From the NCBI GenBank assembly GCA_964639585.1, contig CAZXDK010000005.1:5398-69397 (forward strand): DNA of 64,000 nucleotides, written 5' to 3'. Origin of the DNA: an uncultured Gallionellaceae bacterium (GTDB lineage Bacteria; Pseudomonadota; Gammaproteobacteria; Burkholderiales; Gallionellaceae). The notes beneath the pieces were generated by a model. The model did no database searches, had not been told where the DNA came from, and saw only the letters and a program-made list of their open reading frames with translations. The position numbers and the translations under genes are program-made. Positions within the stretch are counted from its first letter, which is position 1. The number at the start of each line of letters is the position of its first letter. Below are positions 46,321 through 55,371 of the stretch, in pieces.

Positions 46321-46899
46321 ATGAAAGCAAATGTTTCTCGTGCGGGGCAATCCGTAGCGATGCGGCGCGCAGGTAATCGGCAATGGAGTTTAAAGGCGCA
46401 GGATTTGGCGGTGCTGTTTAAGCTGGTCACTTTACGCGGGTCGGACAGAGTGCCTTATGCGATTTTGGCTAAGCAGTTGCGGCTGTCGCCATTTGAGGCG
46501 CATGCGGCGGTGCAGCGTTTGAGTGCGGCGCGCTTGGTGGTGGATATGGGCGGTGAGTTGCGGCCAGTGATGGCGGCGGTGAGGAATTTTGTTCTTCATG
46601 GCGCGCCCTATTGCTTCCCCCCGGTGCGTGGTGAAATCACGATCGGGTTTCCAACTGCGTATGCCGTGCCGCCGTTGAAAGATATGGTGTTGTTTGCCGA
46701 GGAGATGCCGCCAGTCTGGCCGCATCCTGATGGCACAACGCGGGGGGCGGCATTGTTGCCTCTGTATGAGAAGCTGCCGTTGGTGGCGCAAGAAGACCCG
46801 ACGTTATACGAGCTGCTGGCGTTGTTTGATGCGTTGCGCGTGGGGCAGGCGCGTGAGCGTGAGTTGGCGTCTAAGCTATTGGAGGAGCGCTTGCAGTGA
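46321..46899 (+). CDS. Winged-helix (MarR/AbiEi-like) protein, candidate antitoxin/regulator
   Basis: wHTH-like segment DLAVLFKLVTLRGSDRVPYAILAKQLRLSPFEAHAAVQRLSAARLV. GTGA overlap with the downstream nucleotidyltransferase gene. Confidence 0.7.
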   Translation: MKANVSRAGQSVAMRRAGNRQWSLKAQDLAVLFKLVTLRGSDRVPYAILAKQLRLSPFEAHAAVQRLSAARLVVDMGGELRPVMAAVRNFVLHGAPYCFPPVRGEITIGFPTAYAVPPLKDMVLFAEEMPPVWPHPDGTTRGAALLPLYEKLPLVAQEDPTLYELLALFDALRVGQARERELASKLLEERLQ

Positions 46900-47600
46900 T
46901 ACGAGTGGACGACCCGAACCGTTTGATTTTGTCGCGGGTTGCGCGGGCGTTAGGCGACTTGCGCGAATCTATTGTGTTTGTGGGCGGTTGTTCGACAGGG
47001 CTGCTGGTGACCGCGATTCGCGCGCAAGCAATACGCCCGACAGATGATGTCGATATGGTGGTGCAGGCGGCGACGGCACGTGAATACCACGAGGTTGAGG
47101 CGCTGCTGGAATCGCGCGGATTTGAACATGATGCAACGGTAGATGCGCCAATCTGCCACTGGCGTTATCAAGGTATCGCGGTTGATTTAATGCCTTCGGA
47201 AGAGGGCGTGTTGGGGTTTCATAATATGTGGTATCCGCTGGCAGTGGATACTGCGCAACAGGTCGCGCTGGATGATGATCTGGTCATTCGTCTGATTGCT
47301 GCTCCGGTATTTATTGCAACCAAGTTTGAGGCTTTTCAGGGACGCGGGAATGGCGATTTCTTGATGAGCCACGATCTGGAAGACATCATCACGGTGGTTG
47401 ACGGGCGATTGTCGTTGTTAGATGAGGCGCGACAAGCGCCGACAAATTTGCGCGAGTATCTTGTTAAAAATTTTCGGGACTTGTTGGCGTCGGATGCTTT
47501 TCTGGATGCGCTCGCCGGACATCTTCCGGGTGATACGGCTAGTCAGGCGCGATTGCCGGGCCTCGTTGCAAAATTGCGCAGTCTCGCTGCATTGAAATAG
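46896..47600 (+). CDS. Nucleotidyltransferase-fold protein (AbiEii-like candidate toxin)
   Basis: Minimal NTase motif VFVGGCSTGLLV...PTDDVDMVV. No precise family assigned. Confidence 0.7.
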   Translation: MIRVDDPNRLILSRVARALGDLRESIVFVGGCSTGLLVTAIRAQAIRPTDDVDMVVQAATAREYHEVEALLESRGFEHDATVDAPICHWRYQGIAVDLMPSEEGVLGFHNMWYPLAVDTAQQVALDDDLVIRLIAAPVFIATKFEAFQGRGNGDFLMSHDLEDIITVVDGRLSLLDEARQAPTNLREYLVKNFRDLLASDAFLDALAGHLPGDTASQARLPGLVAKLRSLAALK

Positions 47601-47724
47601 TTGCTTGCGTCGGATTACGCGATGACGCTGCTAACCCGACGTATTTGAGTAAGTTGATTGGTGTGGTGAGCATTCTCAATTCTTGAAATGAGAATATCGA
47701 ACAATTGTTGATCAGGAGGGAATC

Positions 47725-48924
47725 ATGAGCAAACAAGTCCAGGAAGCCTATATCGTTGCCGCCACGCGCACGCCTGTGGGCAAAGCGCCGCGCGGGATGT
47801 TCCGCAACACGCGGCCAGATGATCTGCTGGCGCATGTGTTGAAAAGCGTGCTGGCGCAGGCGCCGTCGCTTGATCCGGCGAGTGTCGGCGATGTGATTGT
47901 CGGTTGCGCGATGCCGGAGGCGGAGCAGGGGATGAATGTGGCGCGCATTGCGCTGCTGTTGGCGGGGCTGCCGGATACGGTGCCGGGGCTGACGGTGAAC
48001 CGTTTTTGTTCGTCGGGTTTGCAGGCGGTGGCGCTGGCGGCGGATCGCATCCGTCTCGGCGAGGCGGAGGTGATGATCGCGGCGGGCACGGAGAGCATGA
48101 GCATGGTGCCGATGATGGGCAACAAGATCGCGTTTAATCCCGCCATCTTCGAGCGCAACGAGCACTACGGCATCGCCTACGGGATGGGGCTTACGGCGGA
48201 GAAGGTGGCGGAGCGCTGGAAGGTGTCGCGCGAGGCGCAGGATACGTTTGCGTTGCAGAGCCATCAGCGCGCGATGGCGGCGATCAATAGCGGTGAGTTC
48301 AACGATGAGATTTCGCCGTTTCACATCAGCGAGCATGTGGCGGACATGCACACGCGCGAGGTGATGGTGAAAGCTCGCGAAGTGGCGCAGGACGAGGGGC
48401 CGCGCGCGGATACTTCCATCGAGGCACTGTCCAAACTCAAAACGGTGTTCGCGCAACGCGGCTCGGTGACGGCGGGCAACAGTTCGCAGATGTCGGACGG
48501 CGCGGGGGCGGTGTTGCTGTGTTCAGAGTCCGCATTGAAACGCTACAACCTCACGCCCATCGGCAAATTTCTCGGCTTCAGTGTGGCGGGCGTGCCGCCG
48601 GAAATCATGGGTATCGGCCCGAAAGAAGCGATTCCGCGCGTGTTGAAACAAACGGGTTTGAGCTTGCAGGACATGGGCTGGATCGAGCTCAACGAGGCTT
48701 TTGCCGCGCAGTCGCTGGCGGTGATTAACGACATCGGTCTCGATCCGGCTATCGTCAATCCGCTCGGCGGCGCGATTGCTTTGGGGCATCCGCTCGGCGC
48801 GACCGGGGCGATCCGCACGGCGACTGTGCTGCACGGCCTGCGCCGGCGCAAGCAGAAGTACGGCATGGTGACCATGTGCATCGGCACGGGCATGGGGGCG
48901 GCGGGCATATTCGAAGCGCTGTAA
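47725..48924 (+). CDS. fadA: Acetyl-CoA C-acyltransferase (3-ketoacyl-CoA thiolase)
   Basis: VNRFCSSGLQAV (active-site Cys), NEAFAAQ and GHPLGATG...TMCIGTGMG. Confidence 0.95.
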   Translation: MSKQVQEAYIVAATRTPVGKAPRGMFRNTRPDDLLAHVLKSVLAQAPSLDPASVGDVIVGCAMPEAEQGMNVARIALLLAGLPDTVPGLTVNRFCSSGLQAVALAADRIRLGEAEVMIAAGTESMSMVPMMGNKIAFNPAIFERNEHYGIAYGMGLTAEKVAERWKVSREAQDTFALQSHQRAMAAINSGEFNDEISPFHISEHVADMHTREVMVKAREVAQDEGPRADTSIEALSKLKTVFAQRGSVTAGNSSQMSDGAGAVLLCSESALKRYNLTPIGKFLGFSVAGVPPEIMGIGPKEAIPRVLKQTGLSLQDMGWIELNEAFAAQSLAVINDIGLDPAIVNPLGGAIALGHPLGATGAIRTATVLHGLRRRKQKYGMVTMCIGTGMGAAGIFEAL

Positions 48925-48939
48925 GTTAAGAGGCGGAAA

Positions 48940-49503
48940 ATGAAAAAGTTAATGTTGTTGGTTTGCGCCGCGTTGCTGAGCTGGAATGCGAATGCGCTGG
49001 AACTGGCGGGCGTGAAGCTGGCCGACAAAGCGCTGTTGGGGAATGCAAGTTTGCAGTTGAACGGTGCGGGTCTGCGCACCAAGCTGATCTTCAAGGTGTA
49101 TGTGGCGGCGCTGTATCTGCCGCAGAAACAAACCTCGGCGCAGGCGATCATCGCGGACGAGCGCGAGCACCGCGTGGCGTTGCATATCTTGCGCGATTTG
49201 AGTAGCGCGAAATTGCTGGCTGCGTTCAACGAAGCGATTGAGGCGAATCACACGCCGACGGAGTTAACGGCGCTGGATGCGCAACTCAAACAGATGACGC
49301 AGATATTTGATGCGGTAAAAGAGGTGAAGTCAGGCGATGTCATCACGCTAGACTATTTGCCCGCCAGCGGTACGCAGATCAGTGTAAATGGCAGTGTGCG
49401 TGGTACGATTGCGGGAGCGGCATTTAGCCGTGCTTTGCTCAGAATCTGGTTGGGTGATAAGCCTGCGCAAGAGGGGGTGAAGACGGGGTTGTTGGGCGGT
49501 TGA
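48940..49503 (+). CDS. Secreted chalcone-isomerase-like family protein
   Basis: Signal peptide MKKLMLLVCAALLSWNANA. LQLNGAGLRTKLIFKVYVAALYL and RIWLGDKPAQEGVKTGLLG. Confidence 0.8.
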   Translation: MKKLMLLVCAALLSWNANALELAGVKLADKALLGNASLQLNGAGLRTKLIFKVYVAALYLPQKQTSAQAIIADEREHRVALHILRDLSSAKLLAAFNEAIEANHTPTELTALDAQLKQMTQIFDAVKEVKSGDVITLDYLPASGTQISVNGSVRGTIAGAAFSRALLRIWLGDKPAQEGVKTGLLGG

Positions 49504-49519
49504 ACTTGAAAGGGAATAA

Positions 49520-50089
49520 ATGAAACGAATTTTTCTGATGGTCTTGCTGGCCGCGTTGAGTTGGAACGCGAACGCGCTGGTAGTGGCAGGAGTTCAAGTG
49601 CCCGACAAAATTCTATCGGGTGAGCAGACCCTGGTGTTGAATGGGGCGGGCGCGCGCGAAATGGTCTCTATCTTCAATGTCTATGTCATCGCATTGTACT
49701 TGCCGGAAAAGAAGCACACGGTTGACGAGGTGTTGGTGAATGATGCGAGCAAACGCGTCGCCTTGAATTTTTTGTATGACGTGACAAGTGTGCAATTGCT
49801 CGATGCCACATACAAACTGATAACGGAAAATCACACCGCCGCAGAAGTGAAAGCAGTCGAGGCGGGCTGGAAGGCGTTTGCCGCACCTTTCGATATTATC
49901 AAAGACATAAAAAAAGGCGATCAGCTTGTTTTGGATTACAACCCGGCAACGGGGACGCGCGTGAGCTTGAACGGCAAGGAGATCGGGCGCGTTGCCGATG
50001 CCGCATTTATGCGCGCATTTTTGAAGGTTTGGCTGGGCGACAGGCCCGCGCAAGCGAACTTGAAGACTCGTTTGCTGGGATTGCCGTAG
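49520..50089 (+). CDS. Secreted chalcone-isomerase-like family protein (tandem paralog)
   Basis: Signal peptide MKRIFLMVLLAALSWNANA. LVLNGAGAREMVSIFNVYVIALYL and KVWLGDRPAQANLKTRLLG. Confidence 0.8.
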   Translation: MKRIFLMVLLAALSWNANALVVAGVQVPDKILSGEQTLVLNGAGAREMVSIFNVYVIALYLPEKKHTVDEVLVNDASKRVALNFLYDVTSVQLLDATYKLITENHTAAEVKAVEAGWKAFAAPFDIIKDIKKGDQLVLDYNPATGTRVSLNGKEIGRVADAAFMRAFLKVWLGDRPAQANLKTRLLGLP

Positions 50090-50107
50090 CGGGCGTCGGA
50101 AGGCGAT

Positions 50108-51532
50108 ATGATGCGGAGTGACGCCTTGGTCGCAGCCATCGACCGTGTTGCGCTAGCAACGGCTCTGCTGCAACACGGCGCAGATTTTCATCACAGTATC
50201 ACCGATCACCACGCGCATTTGTTTGCGGAGGCGGCGATACTGGTCTCGCCGGGACAATTGGCGCAAATGCAGGCTGTCATCTCCGCGGTGGAGGCGGTGG
50301 TGAGGCTGCCGGGATGGATGAGCGGTATCCCTAACCCTAACGGGCATGACAAGTGTGCCGCCCATGATAATGAAACTTGCCATACCCGTTTCCCTCACCT
50401 CAATCCTCTCCCAGAGGGAGAGGAGACAATCGAATCGCTACGCGAGTTTCACGTTAACCCTGATGGAGCTACTAGCCATACGACTAAGCCCGCAAGCGAG
50501 CAAGTCGCTGCTTATCTCCCGCAAGCAGGCGAGGGGACAAGCGCTGCACCTTCGGTGTATGGTAATAATCTCGGTGTTTTCTACGGTTACGACTTTCATT
50601 TGAACGCGGCGGGCGCGCATCTCATCGAGATCAACACCAATGCAGGCGGCGCGTTCCTGAATGCGCTGCTGTTGCAGAGCCAGCAGGATAGCGGTCTTCC
50701 GGGAACTTCTTCCGCACCGGAGTTGCTCGAACACCACATCGTCGAAATGTTCCGCAACGAATGGCGTTTGGAACGTGATGACGCCCCTCTGCAGACTATC
50801 GCCATCGTGGATGAGCAGCCCGCCGGGCAATATCTTTATCCCGAATTTATCCTGGCGCAGCAGATGTTCGGCCGTGCGGGCATGCAAGCCTTCATCGTCG
50901 ATCCGGTGGATTTATCGGCCAGGGCGAACGGGGTGTATCTGGGAGAGCAAAAGATCGACCTTATTTACAATCGCCTCACCGATTTTTCTCTGGAAAAATT
51001 TCCGGCTTTGCTGGCCGCTTATCAAGCCAAACATGTCGTGCTCACGCCCAATCCTGAAGGCTACCAACGCTATGCGGACAAACGCAATTTGGTGAAATTG
51101 ACCGACACCGGGTTTTTGCGCGGCATGGGGGCGGGCGAGGAGGTGATCAGCGTGCTGCAACAAGGCATTCCGCAAACACGTGTGGTCGGCGCGAACGATG
51201 CCGAGCAATGGTGGGCCGAGCGCAAGCAATGGTTTTTCAAACCGGTTTCAGGCTACGGCGCCAAGGGGGCTTATCGCGGCGACAAGATTACCCGCCGCGT
51301 GTTCGAGGAAATCCTCGCGGGCGATTACGTGGCGCAACAATTGGCGCAGCCGGGCGAGCGCCGGGTGATCGTGAACGGGGAAGCGACCGCGCTTAAATTT
51401 GACGTGCGCTGTTATGTCTACGACGGCAAAGTGCAACTGCTTGCCGCGCGCATGTATCAGGGACAGACCACCAATTTCAGAACGCCGGGTGGAGGGTTTG
51501 CGTTGGTGCGCGCAGGGGACGGTGAGGTTTGA
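50108..51532 (+). CDS. ATP-grasp-like (glutathionylspermidine-synthase-like) protein of unknown function
   Basis: GVFYGYDFHLNAAGAHLIEINTNAGG and WFFKPVSGYGAKGAYRGDK...KFDVRCYVYDGKV. The family call is tentative. Carries a repeat-derived low-complexity insert. Confidence 0.6.
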   Translation: MMRSDALVAAIDRVALATALLQHGADFHHSITDHHAHLFAEAAILVSPGQLAQMQAVISAVEAVVRLPGWMSGIPNPNGHDKCAAHDNETCHTRFPHLNPLPEGEETIESLREFHVNPDGATSHTTKPASEQVAAYLPQAGEGTSAAPSVYGNNLGVFYGYDFHLNAAGAHLIEINTNAGGAFLNALLLQSQQDSGLPGTSSAPELLEHHIVEMFRNEWRLERDDAPLQTIAIVDEQPAGQYLYPEFILAQQMFGRAGMQAFIVDPVDLSARANGVYLGEQKIDLIYNRLTDFSLEKFPALLAAYQAKHVVLTPNPEGYQRYADKRNLVKLTDTGFLRGMGAGEEVISVLQQGIPQTRVVGANDAEQWWAERKQWFFKPVSGYGAKGAYRGDKITRRVFEEILAGDYVAQQLAQPGERRVIVNGEATALKFDVRCYVYDGKVQLLAARMYQGQTTNFRTPGGGFALVRAGDGEV

Positions 51533-51575
51533 TGGAGCCCGGCCATTTCTGAGCCGCGCCCGGTAACTTGTTCAA

Positions 51576-51716
51576 GGGCACTTCTAAAAATCCATATTTC
51601 ATCCCAACTGCTGCGTTGCGGAAAAAATTTCTTGCTTACATATCATCCATATGCGGCGCTGCGAAATTTTTTCCACGCCTTGCATTTGTGCGAAATCTGA
51701 ATTTTTAGAAGTGCCC
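51576..51716. mobile_element. 141-bp MITE, copy 2 (inverted relative to copy 1), flanked by the 4-bp duplication TCAA
   Basis: GGGCACTTCTAAAAAT ... ATTTTTAGAAGTGCCC. TCAA at 51572..51575 and again at 51717..51720. Confidence 0.9.
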
Positions 51717-51721
51717 TCAAG

Positions 51722-54229
51722 CTACTGTCCGGCCACTTTCATGCCGGAGTGATAAAGCGACGCTCTATTTTTCCCGTTCTGCTTGGAATAATACATGGCG
51801 ACATCGGCGTGCTTGGTTAAATTAAATTCGTTTTCACCATGTTCCGGGTAGAGAGCAACGCCGATGCTGGATGAAATTCTGAGCACATAACCATCGATTT
51901 CAAAAGACCGATCCAGCGCTTGACGAATTTTTTCTGCTACGTTTAAGGCATCCTGTTCCGTTTCGATGTAAGGCAGCAATACTATGAATTCATCGCCGCC
52001 GATACGTGCAACCGTATCGGATTCCCGCACACAACTTTGGATGACTGTTGCCACCTTTTTCAATAAAACATCCCCGATTGCATGTCCCAGCGTATCGTTG
52101 ATCGGTTTGAATTTGTCCAAATCCAGAAACATGATGGCCAGGCAGCTCTTTTCGCGCTTTGCCTTTGCCAAGGCCAGCAGCAAACGGTCTGTGAGCAGCG
52201 CGCGGTTGGGCAGGTCGGTCAACGCATCGTACTGCGCCATATGGCGGATTTGTTCTTCCGCAATTTTGCGCTCGGTGATGTCGGTGATGAAGCCATGCCA
52301 GAGTGTGCTGCCGTCTTCCAATCTTTCTGGGCGGGCATTACCCAAACGCCAACGCATGCCCATGATAGGCAGGATGATGCGATATTCCACACTCCAATGG
52401 CTAAGGTTGCGCGCGGATTCCCGGATAGACTCGTGAAATAGAGCCGCATCTTCCGGGTGGGTGTGTTGCAGGACTGGGTGGGCGTCTTCGCGCAAGTCTT
52501 CGGGCGTGACGCCATGCATTTTGCGTACGGTTTCGCTCATGAAGGGGAAGCAGCTATGACCATCCGGGTACAACCTGTATTGAAAAATCATCCCGGGAAC
52601 TTCGCCCGATATTTTGGTGAGCATGTCATGGCTGCGCTGCAAGGCCTGTGCGTCCGTAATTTTTTCAATCACGATGCCCGCCAAGTTTGCGGCTTGTTCG
52701 ATCAGCTTGATGTCCTCTTCCCCGGGGCTGCGTGTTTCGCGATGATAAATGGCAAAGGTGCCTAGCACTTTTCCGTACGACGAGATGATGGGTTCAGACC
52801 AGCACGATGCCAAACCTGCCTGGTTGGCCAATTCCAGGCAGGGGTCTTTGTTGGCGTGAGCCCGGATATTCTCGGCGATCATGCGTTTGCCGGAATAGGC
52901 GGTTGCTCGGCAGGGACCTGCGGCAGGCGTGATTTTCATGCCGTTGAGGGCGCTGTTATAAAACTCGGGCAGGCTTGGCGCCGCGCCGGTAATCAGGTGC
53001 TGGCCGCATTTGTCCACCAGCAATATCGAACATATCATGCCGGGATTTTGTGCTTCCACGCTATTCACCAGCGCTTCCAGTATGTCCGGAAGTGCGGCGC
53101 CGGTAGCGAGTAGTTCCAGAATATGCGTGCGCGCCTGTTCGTGTGTGGTAATTTTTGCAGTCTCTTGAATGCTGAGTTTAAGTTTGCGGCTCAGCCGATA
53201 AAAGAAGGCGGCAATCAGACTGACCAGGCCGATTGCCAGCAATGAGCTGCCCAATACGCGGTATAGCGAAGAGTTGTCGCCGGGATGGTCATCGTAAATA
53301 AATCCCTGCATGGAGAAGTTCGGCGGCAACATGCCCGCATCCGCGTAGGCGGAGGCAATGAGCTTCCAGCGTTGGGGGTTGGAATAACCGATATCGATCA
53401 GGTCGGCATGTATCAGGCTATTGATTTGCTCGGCTTCATACAATAAATGGTCGCGGGATTGCTGTTTGGCATATTTGCGCAAGATGAGAGCGATCATCTC
53501 ATCGCGATGATTCGTTGCATAAAGCCAGCCGCGCAGGCTGGCCTCGCGAAAAGCACGCACACGCTCGGGATGCTCGCGTATTTCCTGTTCCGATGTGAAC
53601 AGAATATCGCCGTAAAAATCGATACCCGCATCGCGCGGAGAAAACATCAGGTAAGGATAACCGGCGCGCTCCAAATAGTACGGCTCGTCGGTTATGTAGC
53701 CGGAGAGCGCGTCAACCCGACCGTTAACCAAATCTTCCGCATGGAGATTGTCGGGCATGATTTTTACGCTATCCAGCGACAGCCCTTGTTTTTTTAGATA
53801 GACGCGCAGTTCTTCCGATTGTGTGTCCAGACGGATACGTTTGTTCGCTAGGTCGCGCGGACTGGAGATCCCTTTGTTTTTTGCGGCGAACAGGGCATAG
53901 GGGGAGTGCTGAAAAATGGGCGCCAATACCACCACAGGCTGCCCTTGGCTGCGCGCCAGCAACAGATTGCTCAAGCCTGTGCCGAATTGGGCGCTGCCAT
54001 CCACAACGTTTTTGATTACATCCGTATTTCCCGAGCCTTCTTCCAGTTGAACATTCATTCCCGCTTCGCGGTAATAACCTTGTTCGATGGCGGCGTAGTA
54101 GCCGGCAAACTGGAATTGATGCGTCCATTTGAACTGCAAGGTGACATTATCGAGCGCGAAAGCCAGATTGCCGGTACAGAGTCCGGCGCTTAGCAAGAGC
54201 CACTGCGGGAATCGTGATACGAAGTCCAT
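51722..54229 (-). CDS. Sensor diguanylate cyclase: periplasmic NMT1/SsuA-like binding domain, TM, GAF, PAS, GGDEF
   Basis: Intact RIGGDEF with an RESD I-site 5 residues upstream. N-terminal FKWTHQFQFAGYYAA is typical of the ABC-type substrate-binding fold. Confidence 0.9.
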   Translation of the reverse strand: MDFVSRFPQWLLLSAGLCTGNLAFALDNVTLQFKWTHQFQFAGYYAAIEQGYYREAGMNVQLEEGSGNTDVIKNVVDGSAQFGTGLSNLLLARSQGQPVVVLAPIFQHSPYALFAAKNKGISSPRDLANKRIRLDTQSEELRVYLKKQGLSLDSVKIMPDNLHAEDLVNGRVDALSGYITDEPYYLERAGYPYLMFSPRDAGIDFYGDILFTSEQEIREHPERVRAFREASLRGWLYATNHRDEMIALILRKYAKQQSRDHLLYEAEQINSLIHADLIDIGYSNPQRWKLIASAYADAGMLPPNFSMQGFIYDDHPGDNSSLYRVLGSSLLAIGLVSLIAAFFYRLSRKLKLSIQETAKITTHEQARTHILELLATGAALPDILEALVNSVEAQNPGMICSILLVDKCGQHLITGAAPSLPEFYNSALNGMKITPAAGPCRATAYSGKRMIAENIRAHANKDPCLELANQAGLASCWSEPIISSYGKVLGTFAIYHRETRSPGEEDIKLIEQAANLAGIVIEKITDAQALQRSHDMLTKISGEVPGMIFQYRLYPDGHSCFPFMSETVRKMHGVTPEDLREDAHPVLQHTHPEDAALFHESIRESARNLSHWSVEYRIILPIMGMRWRLGNARPERLEDGSTLWHGFITDITERKIAEEQIRHMAQYDALTDLPNRALLTDRLLLALAKAKREKSCLAIMFLDLDKFKPINDTLGHAIGDVLLKKVATVIQSCVRESDTVARIGGDEFIVLLPYIETEQDALNVAEKIRQALDRSFEIDGYVLRISSSIGVALYPEHGENEFNLTKHADVAMYYSKQNGKNRASLYHSGMKVAGQ

Positions 54230-54298
54230 CGTTAAGGTCGCTGTTGATTACTTATAAGCATGATACTGCACGTTTGCCTCTAGGTTGGGCAACAGCCG

Positions 54299-54337
54299 TG
54301 ACGGTCTGGATATTTTTCAATAATATCCAGGCCGTCA
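54299..54337 (-). terminator. 15-bp-stem hairpin downstream of mdh
   Basis: TGACGGTCTGGATAT and ATATCCAGGCCGTCA pair with one wobble position. There is no clean T-run, so function as a terminator is inferred. Confidence 0.5.
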
Positions 54338-54345
54338 ACCTTGTT

Positions 54346-55329
54346 TTATCCCAGTAAATGCTGCACATGCTCGCGTTCATCGAGCAGTTCCTTGTAGCTA
54401 TCCAGCATGTGTTTGCGCCCAAGGTCGCTGATGGGCAGGTCTTTTACGATAGTGTAATGCCCGTTGCGGCAGGTGACGGGGAAGCCGTATAACACGCCTT
54501 CCGGGATGCCGTAACTGCCGTCCGACGGCACGCTCATGGTGACCCAGTCGTTATGGTGCGAATGCAGTAACCAATCGTGCATGTGGGCGATGGCGGCGTT
54601 GGCCGCGCTGGCGGCGCTGCTTAAACCGCGCGCTTCGATCACCGCCGCCCCGCGCTTCTGCACGGTGGGGATGAAGGTGCTTTCGATCCAGTCCCGGTCT
54701 TGCAGTATGTCCAGCACTTTGCGCCCGCGTATCTCGGCGTGCGACAGGTCGGGATACTGCGTGCCGGAATGGTTGCCCCAGATGACCATCTTGTTGATAT
54801 CGCGTATCGGCTGAAACAGTTTGAGCGCGACCTGCGCGATGGCGCGGTTATGGTCGAGGCGCATCATGGCGCTGAAGTTGCGCGGGTCGAGATCGGGGGC
54901 GTTTTTCATGGCGATGAGCGCGTTGGTGTTGGCCGGATTGCCGACCACCAGCACTTTGACGTGACGCGATGCGACTTCATTCAGGATGCGGCCTTGCTCG
55001 GAGAAAATCGCGCCGTTGGCTTCCAGCAGATCCTTGCGTTCCATGCCTTTGCTGCGCGGGCGCGCGCCCACCATGAGCACGACTTCGGCATCGCGGAAGG
55101 CGATACGCGGATCGTCGGTGGTGATGACCTGTTGCAGCATGGGAAACACGCAGTCTTCCAGTTCCATCGCCACGCCGCGCAAGGCTTGCTGGGCGGGAGC
55201 GATGTCCAGCAGTTGCAGGATGATGGGCTGCTCGCGCCCGAGCATGTCGCCGTTGGCGATACGGAACAGCAGGCTGTAACCGATCTGTCCGGCTGCGCCG
55301 GTGATGGCAACGCGGATGGGTGCTTTCAT
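54346..55329 (-). CDS. mdh: Malate dehydrogenase (LDH-like type 2, ~327 aa)
   Basis: ATG at 55329. [40 protein letters not shown] and IWGNHS. Confidence 0.95.
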   Translation of the reverse strand: MKAPIRVAITGAAGQIGYSLLFRIANGDMLGREQPIILQLLDIAPAQQALRGVAMELEDCVFPMLQQVITTDDPRIAFRDAEVVLMVGARPRSKGMERKDLLEANGAIFSEQGRILNEVASRHVKVLVVGNPANTNALIAMKNAPDLDPRNFSAMMRLDHNRAIAQVALKLFQPIRDINKMVIWGNHSGTQYPDLSHAEIRGRKVLDILQDRDWIESTFIPTVQKRGAAVIEARGLSSAASAANAAIAHMHDWLLHSHHNDWVTMSVPSDGSYGIPEGVLYGFPVTCRNGHYTIVKDLPISDLGRKHMLDSYKELLDEREHVQHLLG

Positions 55330-55371
55330 ACTGTTCTCCTTGGAGTGGGTGTGGGGGGCATTTTGCCACAC

